From: Bigelowiella natans CCMP2755
Taxonomy: Eukaryota > Protista > Cercozoa
Assembly: GCA_000320545.1 (NCBI GenBank)
Contig: ADNK01001639.1
Coordinates: 2,404 to 66,403, forward strand
Length of the DNA: 64,000 bases
Direction of reading: 5' to 3'
The notes under the pieces were generated by a model. It was given only the letters and a program-made list of their open reading frames with translations. It ran no database searches and had not been told where the DNA came from. The position numbers and the translations under genes were made by a program. Every line of letters starts with the position of its first letter. Position 1 is the first letter of the stretch. This document shows positions 54,207 through 64,000 of the stretch, one piece after another.

Positions 54207-55275
54207 TCAGACATCTAAATGCATTGAAACTTGTTTCAAGTCATCCAAAGCTATTTTAATTACCCGATCTTTATCAGCACGTCGCAACGGCATGATCTTC
54301 CCGCGTTTATCTACCCACCTGTTAGCTTTCACATCTGCGAGACGCCATTCTGTGACATCGATATCTCTATCCAGGTTTTTGAAGTCCATTATTAACTGCT
54401 CATTTCTGTCGCCTCCATTCGTGCTACCGTTCCGAAAACTCACACGCATCGGAAATGAAGCAAATCTCTCGAGCTCATCAGGCAATCTTATTTCCCGCTC
54501 CGCCCCCGCTGTAGATACTTCTATCTCGATATTGTCAGCTTTTTCACCCATCGCTTCTTCGAGGTAAAAGCGGAATTCACGGGCGAAAAGAGCGACTTCG
54601 TCAAGTGTCGGGGAGCCTCTGGGATCTGTGAGCTTGTCCAGGGACACTTCCAGCCGAGCTCGATTTCGAGTTTTGAATGAGTATATAGCAATATCTTTTA
54701 GCGATGGATTATCCTTGAGCATCTTATTTGCGACTTCGTATGCTTGGTTCCCCCATGGGTACAGTATTGACACCCCGGGTGCTACGACCGACTCATAACC
54801 ATCATCATCCTCTTCGTGGTCACCTGAATCTTCTGTTTGTGCGTCATTTTCACTAGGAATTTCGAGTTCGGAACCTATCTCCAGATCATCGATCGGCGAA
54901 TCAAAGGATGATGACTCTTCTCCCGCTGCGGCCTCCACGACGTAGATATTTCTCGGCATGCTCCGTTGTTTCGTGAATGAAGATATTCCGCTGAGCAGCT
55001 CTCTGGGAAAGCGGCGACGAAGAGGATGATGATGCTGCTGCTGGTGGTGCTGCAGTTGGAAGCATTTGGAACTGGCAGCTATTCTCGATGACAATCTTGC
55101 GTGAAATCTCGATAGAGAGGACGATGAGGGCGCGGAGCAGGCTGTTAAAGCCAGTAGAGGGAAAGCTGGAAGCAACCGAAGAGGCCTACAGGAGAGAATG
55201 GAGAGAGGCGTGAGAATGGGATGCAGATAGATCACAATTTACTAGCACACAGAGCCTGCTTAGATCAGCATACAT
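54207..55275 (-). CDS. rimP: Plastid-targeted ribosome maturation factor RimP (DUF150), green-lineage type, with bipartite leader
   Basis: ORF 54207..55235 contains LEVSLDKLTDPRGSPTLDE, IEIEVSTAGAEREIRLPDELERF and EWRLADVKANR. A predicted 88-nt intron (55273-55186) yields the N-terminus MPLRLLPAFPLLALTACSA (signal peptide) followed by a Ser/Arg-rich transit-like stretch. Confidence 0.88.
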
Positions 55276-55931
55276 ATCAGCCGCTTCCGTTGTCTTCGCC
55301 GGTGTCGGTCGTATCGAGTCTGGGGGGGGTATGCAGCCGAAGGTATGCAGGAGTAGCAAAAAGCAGATCAACGAGAAATAACCAATTAAAAAAGAGAAAT
55401 TTTAGGATCTCGCACAACATAAAGAACAACATAATTCAGAAATTGTTCCGTTTCAGCAGTGGTCTTTCTAGGACAAAGAATTTCCAACTTTTTCTTGGTA
55501 CTATCTGAAGGCATATTTTGCCTACAGGAGCTTTGCTTTTTCGATTAAATTATATTGCAAACCGTATGCTCCCATGGTCTAGTTGGTTATGACGGAGCCT
55601 TCACACGGCTCAGGTCGCCGTTTCGATTGCGGCTGGGAGTACATTTTTGCAACAATTTTTGCCGTTTTTTGTGAGAATGAGAAACGGAAAAACAAAAATC
55701 CCATTCAAAAAATAAGTACGACATCACCTTGCGAACGCCCTCGTTCGACCATCGCTTCTAAGTCTGAAACGACAGCAGAAAACGAATCTGTATTTCTATT
55801 TTGCACAAAAGACCTCCATTTCGTACCTAAGACTGAGGAATTAATGCAAAAAACGACTACATCCGCTTATCTGAAATCGCACGAACGTCGAGCAGCCGCC
55901 TCCCCCTGCGCCCTCCACTCGGCCCGTCATT

Positions 55932-57909
55932 ATGTCTGGATTGCCGGGAATGCGGACTCATGTTACGGGCAACGTACCGAAGCAAATATCCGGAATGAAC
56001 AGGTCATCTGAAATCCTTTCCACGAGCCTTCTGGAACGCTTGCTGACAGAAAAAGATTGCTGAGATTTGATGATGGTATAGGGTTTCTAAAAGTGCTCAA
56101 GGCTCACGACCTGTAAGCCACGGTTCACGGCCTGTGAGCTCCCACGTTCCGCGGCCAGCAAGCTCGTACAATTCAAGACCCGTAAGCTCGGTGAGTTTTC
56201 TACTGTGATGTAAACATAGCTCAAACAGACACGAGGACTCCCCGAACGTTCACTGAAACGACTGTTTACTGCTGGTACAATGATCATCGATAGGCTCACG
56301 GTATCTACGACAAATACTTTGGAGGACGTACAAATCCTCGCGCTGGGATGACTCAGAAAAATATCAAGCATCGGAAACAGTTGGTAGTGCAATATAATGT
56401 TTTATGTGCGGAGCAAGTGGGTGCTACGTTCCATCGTGATGCTAGAGCACTTCGCTATTAGGCACCTCATAATTTCTTACGATCTGGATGGAGATGGAGC
56501 GGTATTGCAATAGAGATACGCTCGATGCATTTATTGTTCATCTCACGCATCTCGTGTTCCAATTTGCAAAGGTTTCGCAGAGAGACTACTTCATAGCCAA
56601 AATGTTTGATAAGGTACGCAACACGGAGACTCCGTTAACGAAGAGTTGAATATACAGAATGGCCCACGTAAACATTTATCTGTTTTGCCAGGATCAAGAT
56701 GGAATATTGAATCGAAAGGAACGATCAGAGGCACTTGCAGCTCTGAGAGACGGTAGAGTTATCGCAGCTGCGCAAAGTCCTTGAGCGGCTTCTTCTTCCG
56801 CCTTTTTTTTGTCCTTCTGCTGTTTCAACTTTTGCATATATCTTTACTTTCTACAGGGCTGGCCAACGACAGCATGAGGGATTACTTTGATTCAGAGACA
56901 ATGAACAATAGAAGTGAGAACAGACACGAATATGTATGATGTAAAAATATTTAATATGAATATCATTATAATAAACTTATTAATAGCTGTTAGTAGAGTT
57001 TTGTATACCCAAAGCACATTCGTTGATTCTTTTACCAAAATAGGAAAAAAATGCACCGTCTTCCATAGCGTCATGAAGTCAACGGTAAAACTATGTAAAT
57101 GAGACTAAACACAATACTCTCAAGCTCTCAAGTTGATAGAAACTGGTGTTTTCGCCAAACCACCACATCACTCAGAATTGCCATCTTTGCCAACAGGTCC
57201 CTCAGGCTCGTCTAGACCTCAACGATACATTCAACAGAACATTGTAACGTCCTTTTTATCGACAGTCATATCATCTCTCCTCTCTCTGTCTGTCTCTCTC
57301 TTTCTCTCCCTCTTGCTCGTTTGTGCGTGCGCGCGTGTGTTGTATGTGTGTGTTTGTTCATAATATGTTTTTCTTCTTCGCTTCCATTAGGTATCATCCC
57401 GTTGAGATACCAGATAGAAACCCCTATGCAACCACGAACCAGCTGATGAACATGGTCATCATCCTAAGCATATATGTTAACCAACCATCTGCTCTTGTCT
57501 TACCTGCTCAACTGAAATAACATGAGGCGAAGAGTGGGAGGGGGGGGAGAGAGAGGATGGACAATTCTGGCTGCTGCTATCGCGGAAACATTCTGCGACA
57601 TAGTGATTGAATCCCATCATAATCGACATTCAACTAGGGAGAACAAGGCCGGGAAATGCCTGAAGATTTACCAAAACGATCAGCGTTTCTATTGAGAAGA
57701 GCGGTGCGTAAATATGACCTTGTAGGAATAATGATTCAGGATATTTCATCGTCTATCTCTATGCCGCTGAGTGTTCTTTCTTTGCGCAGAGGCAAGACAG
57801 GGATTTCTTAAAGACTAAGAATAGAGAGTAATATTTGAAAAAACGCAGTACAAACAGCACGCATTGGAATAATAATCCAAGACTTATCGATTGTCTCTTC
57901 GAAAATTTG

Positions 57910-57943
<34 letters not shown>

Positions 57944-58791
57944 TACGTGGTATTGGCCTAATACCGTCAGCATGCAAACCTCGATCGATAATCGAGTGAG
58001 AAACATCAACGATGCACTCAAACGAAGGTAGTAGAGCAAGAAGACAACCTTCCAAAAAGTATTTAATATTTATGTTTATTTTTGGGTCTCTCTCTCAATT
58101 GAATGGATTGGACACCGCCGACAATATCTTACCGTTTTTCTTTTTTCCCTCACAACTTAACCAGATACACCAACAATGGGCCCGCTTCTTCAAAGTTTAA
58201 GTCTAGATCGGAATTCATGACCTCGGTAAGATTGTGGGGGTATAAGATAGAAAAGTGAAGTTGTTATCTCATCATGTGTACATGGCTTGTTGTGGGGGTT
58301 GTTAGCTGGCTTCTCATCCTCGTCCTCCTACCCCTCCTCCTCCTCTCCTTCTTCCAATTCACCATATTTTAATCAGATCTTACGTAATCTGTTAGTCATC
58401 TCAATTACCTTTTTTTGGTTTTTTCATGAGTTCTCATCTTCCTCTCATCAGCGTCGCCAAGAAATGTACCGAGAGAGACTTAAGCACATAGCTGCTAAGG
58501 AAGGAGTTGACTTTCACAAGGGTAGGTTGCGTTTATCACTTCATATGAAATCCTCCCAAATAGAAACGATAACCATACAATGAGTATTCACGGCCAGTAA
58601 ATGTGACGAAAGCAATTCTACATCGTTGTCTTCTGTTTATAAATAAGCGTTCTTTTTCGTCCAGATTCTGGGTACGTTGGCGATATCGGGAACATTCCTC
58701 ACAGCCTGAACTACGAAGGAATGCCCCAAAAGTAATGATAGAAAAATCACTGTATGCAATCCACCTTTGCTTCAAATTGATTCGTTGCATA

Positions 58792-58831
<40 letters not shown>

Positions 58832-59268
58832 TTGGTATATAAATATTTATAAAACTGTTTGGGTGAGGCATCAACATACACTGGCACCTTGCACAGCCAT
58901 CACTTTTCCGATCTTATTTTGCCGAGTAGGGAAGTCCTGGAGAGGCACCCTAAAGAGGCGTATCTGCAAAGTAAAAAGAACGGAAAGCAGGTGAGATCAT
59001 GGGGATTTGATTGGCATGTGCCCACCGCCTACCAAACCACACCAAACCAATCTTGAGGAGACATATACACTATCACGAATCTATGAGAAGTGGTCAGAGA
59101 AAGGGGGGGGGGGATGGTACTGCAAGAGTAGAGCTAAAGTCTATCTGACTTGTGCTTGTCGGGTCCATATTGCTAGGTAATGGACGCGAAGATTAAGGAG
59201 AAAATGTTTTCCACAACTCGCGATCGCGTGCTGCATTTGTCGCGCAAAGGCCAGCGCACACGGTATAT

Positions 59269-59347
<79 letters not shown>

Positions 59348-60165
59348 AACGTTGATTGGGTCTGACACAAAAGCACGAATTCTATGCGCGCACCATACTC
59401 ATTTCCACACATACGAAGACACTTTGAATGTAGTGGAATTGAGTTTTACATTCTTCGTATTAGGGCGTTCACTTCGTCTGCAAAGGATTTCTTCAACTCT
59501 TCGCATCCAGGCTTCGAGCCGGTTTGTCCACTATCTGCTGGAGATACGATACTACGATGCAACTGCACTAATACTCCAGGACGCGCGTGAATTGCGATTT
59601 TTTAATGGTCTCAGCGCCAAATTATTGCTGATAATTCGGCTGCCCGCCTTTATAAGATGGAAAAAATATTAGTTATGATGTTAGTGTACTTGCCTCTTAT
59701 CTGCCCAAAACTCAGGAGGATCACCCACTAGACCGTAGTCTTCCGATCAAGCCTCAATACACGGCACCGCACTTGTGAGTTTTGTAACATGCGACATGGG
59801 GAGAGTGGAGGAGAGTTGGGGGACATTTGTACTACAAGTAGCGTATGATATATAATAACGGTGAATGTATGTACCTGTCCTTCAGCCATCAGATGAAGCC
59901 ATACCCAGGAAAACTGACCAACACTTCGCTTGTTACTTCGCACAAATATTCGGTAGAAGTTTGTGTCATATAGCATTTACATGTTTCTCGTCCTTAGATA
60001 TTTGATATCCCGATTATGTTCAATAACATACAACCATCAATGACTTTTGTGGCATCATTTCCCTTTGTCTCCCAGCATTTTGACTATGTCAAGATAGGAC
60101 GCCAGCTCGATACAGCTCTTCAAACACAATCTATTCCCCCTCTAGCGGAAATGACACAACAATAG
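55932..60165 (+). CDS. EF-hand-containing protein, multi-exon
   Basis: MSGLPGMRTHVTGNVPKQISGMN/RVSKSAQGSRPVS... is followed by the paired EF-hand SYDLDGDGA/VSQRDYFIAKMFDK/DQDGILNRKERSEALAAL (56.46-56.75 kb). Further GT-AG exons continue to a probable TAG at 60163-60165. Confidence 0.7.
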
Positions 60166-60189
60166 TGAACAACAATGAAACATACGAAT

Positions 60190-61320
60190 CATTGTGTGAG
60201 CCGTAGACAAAATGGAATCAGTTTGTTCGAGATTGAATAGATGCTCCTGTTTTGACCACTGATGATGTGATTTCCACTGTCTAGCCTCATGCAATTCCAC
60301 GTCAAATTGACATGCAGCTTGTCCGTCACTCGAATTTGAGTTGCGACATTTGGCATCACAAATTGTTTGCACGTCTTTCATGCTGCGCTGCATCCAATTT
60401 GTGCAACTTTTACACATCGTTTCATGCAGTCCAGGCATTGAGCACTTTGAGAAGCACGCAAGCCAACACAGCACCAGAGCACATCTGGCTTTGATCATCG
60501 CTCATTGTGTTCACACGTTGTGTGGCTATGCCTAGCTAGCTAGGGCGCGACCTGATGATAGACACAGCAATGCACTACACACATTGCATGTGTTGTCAAT
60601 GGACACAGCAATGCACAGCACCATGCACATTGTGTGCATTGTGCATTGCATGTCCATCATCCTGCAGTGCTTGCGCTAGTGCGGACAAGTGACACGCTGT
60701 TGGCGCACAAAGCTGATCGATTGATGCTTGGTGTGGGACTCATTCGCACACTCGCGTGTGATGCATCAGACCGACATCACACGTGCTAGCGAGTGGCACT
60801 CACATCTGCCAGTCTGGCCGTGCCAGCGTCTAGAGCGTGTCTTCAAGTGAAGCATGACGCACAATGAACAGTCCCCAAGAAAGCTTGCACACTGCTGCTA
60901 GAGTGTGTGGTGTGCCAGTTCCAATGTCTCAAGCGCCTGCAAATGATCAAACGTGCACGTGCACGTGTGCACACACGCACGCACACAAGCTGGCATGACG
61001 CACCACGCTGGCACGCCACGCACACCTGCACCACTGTGGACGTGGTGTGCCAGCGAAAGAGTGAATCGAACGATGAACAATGAACAACGATTGAATCCCT
61101 GATTGATTGAAAAAGGAAAGAAAGAAAGTTGGAAACAATGAAACAATGATGATGATGAACTGCATTCCCAAAGTGTTGCAAGACATGAAAAAAGAAGCGT
61201 TTGTCCATGGACCCAGTTGAAAGGATCCTCCTCCAGGCACGTGCGACGAGCGATGCGCTCGCGAAGAGCTCGATTCTCATCTGTTTTGTGGTTGATTCCG
61301 ATGCCATTTCCATGTCGCAG
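60190..61320. other. TpA-depleted intergenic tract
   Basis: 60661-61320 contains 4 TA, all CTAG. Confidence 0.92.
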
Positions 61321-61539
61321 ATATATTTTCCCATGCATCCCCTTGTCATTTCTCCTTGTCGTTTGGGCAATTGTGGGCCGATGTTCTGCGGGTTTTGAGG
61401 CAGCAACGTTCAGTTGTCGCTGCACTAGAAGATTCTGCCCCCCGCCCTGCCCATCCTTGAGGCTCTCGCCAAGATATACGCCTCCATGCTCGTTCCCCTC
61501 TCGTAAGATTAGGCAAAAATAAGCACCCGAGTAGTTGGG

Positions 61540-63080
61540 ATGTTCGTAAGCAACAAGGCACGATCGCTCGGTTCACGGCTCCTTGGAAGCGAGGGGCGCG
61601 ACTATGGGGAAGGAGAGGAAGAGGAATCAAACATATCACCCACACTGGTCGAGCGGAAAGGAGGCTCCGCTCCTATCGTTGCCCTTGAGGTGTTTTCATC
61701 GCGGGCTGTAAACTCTTTACTGGGACTCACGTGGTATAGTTCAGGCTGGCTTGCTGCGGGTGCTAGGAAAGATGTCTTGATATGTTGTTCAATTCTCTCA
61801 GGCTGATGAACATCACGACTGTGATTTTCATTTTAATGGACTCCTACCTGCTGCCAAGTCACACTCACCTATTCACCTTTCTGTGGACATGGGTTATCTG
61901 GTAACATACGATTATTCACAAGACATTGTCAAAGGAACCGAGCCTCAGATTCTTCTTTCCAACCTCCTTTCTCCTCCTCCTCCTCCTCCTCCTCCTCCTC
62001 CTCCTTCGTCATCGTCATCGTCGTCGCAGGGCTTTCTTGAATATAGTAACTGCCATCATCTTCATCGTCATTTCATCGGAAACGAGCCCGAAGGAATTAT
62101 GCTCCTTTATGTTCTTAAGGTAGCGTGTGCCCCAGCTGAATTTGTTCGTTGGAAATAGTCATTGCGCTCACGCGTTTGTAAGGGGCCTTACCATTTTTGC
62201 CGATGATACGTTAGGGATTGGTCGATCATCGAGAACGCATCTTGTTCGTTAATGAACATTGCCACGGTAGCCTCCCCCCCCCCCCCGCAGAGTCATGTAT
62301 CATGCCTCCACCACGCGACTTCTTTTTCATCTCCTCTCTACCATACAGATGATTCTCGTTCCCGCCTTCACGCTTCTATGCATCGTATACACATATGCGC
62401 TATCGGTAGCAACAACGAGCCTTGTAGACAGAAAGACCTCATCGTGTTGTGTAGTTGCCTGGCAGTGCCAGTGAGGCTTTTATTTACTTTACTTGCTACC
62501 GAACCTCTCACGCAGGGGGGGGACGGATGGTCAGGCTGGTTTTACCTCGCGGAAATCCATACAGAATTGCCGTCGCTTATTCTGATAACGATGCTGACAG
62601 CAGGTGCGTGTAGATCATAATACACAAGGAAGTACTCGTGGTTTGGGTGTGAGCTCCGTGTACCGCCTTCACCCAACAATAACAACAGAAACAACAATGA
62701 CAGAGTGGGATGATGATGATGATGATGATGATGATAGCAGTTATCCTTAAACCGCTAATGATCTATGCTGTACTTCTCCTTCCGTCGCACCGCACGCTAT
62801 CTTGTGTAGCCGCAGCAGCAATGCTGCATATTGATGGTAGGAGGCCTTCTTTTTCACACTAGTCACATCGGCTGGTTGTGCTGCTGATTTTGCTGCTGCT
62901 GCTGTTGTTGTTGTTCTTGATGATGATGATGATGATAACGATAACGATGATGATAACGATGATAACGATGATGATAGGTTTTGGACGGGACCGATTGACG
63001 TTCCTTTTCTATTTCCCTCGTTTCGCCTTGGTTTTCCTTAGATACGCAATACGGTCATGATTCTCTACTTCGTGCATAGT

Positions 63081-63116
<36 letters not shown>

Positions 63117-63673
63117 GGGAGGATTTAGAGGATAAGGGGGTTTGATCACCATGCTACCTCGATCCGAGAGATCTAATCTCCTGCAAAGAGCATTAAATCG
63201 TGCAGCATAGTTACTTGGTATTCTATGTGTGTTTGCCAGGATACTTCGTACATCGTTGTGCTCCGAGATCACCCTGCCCCAGCTGGTAAAGCCTTCTGCT
63301 GCAGTGATTATTATTACATTAACTGCAATGCGATCATACGCCTGTCGCCATCGTTGTTGTCAGTTGTAATGTGTATTATTGCTATCTACTGCTAGCAATA
63401 CAATCCGAAAAACAACAACAACAACACGAACAACAAGAACAATAACAGCCAAAGGGCTGATTGCTCGCTGCGCTCATCTTTGCTCTAACGATGACTGATC
63501 GAGCCGAAAACTAGCTTCCTCCTGTACACACTAACACTGCACCATCGTGCGACACCGGGCAGGTGAAGAGTAACGAATGGCTGGATTTCACCGCCGGGAG
63601 ACCTACCTGCAGAGTCAGTAGTCCTTGCTGCAAATAAATAACCTGTGACGATGAGCGTTGTTCTTATCCGTGA

Positions 63674-63706
<33 letters not shown>

Positions 63707-63861
63707 GTCTGTCTGTGTGTGTGTGTGTGTGTGAATGCTTGTAACAGGCGATGTCCAACATGGTGTACGCTTCTCTCATACTTTACTACGCCGTCGTCAT
63801 CTTCGATCTATTCTCGACGAAACGCTTGCTTGCAGAAAGGGACTATATGGTCGCTGCGGGG

Positions 63862-63904
<43 letters not shown>

Positions 63905-63951
63905 TGTGAGTGTGTGTGTGTGTGTATGTGTGTGAGTGAGTGTGTGTCCTC

Positions 63952-63996
<45 letters not shown>

Positions 63997-64000
63997 ATAT
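61540..64000 (+). CDS. Multi-pass membrane protein, 3'-truncated by the window (possibly a cation channel)
   Basis: Hydrophobic exons: LMNITTVIFILMDSYLL...FTFLWTWVI/WAFLNIVTAIIFIVISS, LPSLILITMLTAG, FLFYFPRFALVFLRYAI/RILRTSL (S4-like Arg spacing), MVYASLILYYAVVIFDLF. No pore motif is seen within the window. Confidence 0.5.

Larger units (their letters stand above)
864..63995. repeat. Dispersed microsatellites: (CA)n, (GA)n, (TA)n, (CAT)n, (AAC)n, (AAG)n, (TAG)n, (AGC)n, poly-C/G
   Basis: Dozens of ~25-45 bp tracts, mostly intronic and some encoding homopeptides. They are nearly absent from 17.4-20.3, 23-24.2 and 31.1-34.7 kb. Confidence 0.97.

Noticed and set aside
56460-56480. Possible +1 frameshift (APH-ISYDLDGDG) in the EF-hand gene
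   Set aside because: An alternative phase-2 donor gives an open frame (QHLIISYD), so this is unresolvable without transcripts.
16450-61320. TG/CA-rich tracts as products of CpG methylation decay or classical RIP
   Set aside because: CpG remains common in the tracts and TpA is lost rather than gained, which is the opposite of both expectations.
864-63995. Strikingly uniform ~30-40 bp microsatellite lengths as a biological ruler
   Set aside because: This is readily explained by k-mer collapse in short-read assembly and cannot be supported without long reads.

Overview
Gene-dense eukaryotic nuclear DNA, not prokaryotic. Most genes are split into many short GT-AG exons by microsatellite-laden introns, so the ORF track is mostly uninformative and the genes were rebuilt by reading splice sites by eye. 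A green-lineage-type RimP with a signal + transit bipartite leader suggests an alga with a secondary green plastid, such as a chlorarachniophyte (inference). About 12 genes are supported: Tudor-UBA-PI31/FP-F-box (FBXO7-like), TerD-C2, ankyrin/EF-hand, a PKD1-motif membrane protein, an MFS transporter, two divergent BTB paralogs, an NHL-repeat protein, a KIS/UHMK1-like kinase-UHM, RimP, an EF-hand protein and a partial multi-pass membrane protein. The main discovery is non-coding. Almost every intergenic spacer over about 0.5 kb is nearly free of the dinucleotide TpA, except in CTAG (and the half-sites CTA/TAG). TpG/CpA are abundant there and CpG is retained, while adjacent introns are full of (TA)n. 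This pattern fits a strand-symmetric, context-specific A:T->G:C hypermutator ('inverse RIP') acting on untranscribed DNA. Exon boundaries are manual and unverified.
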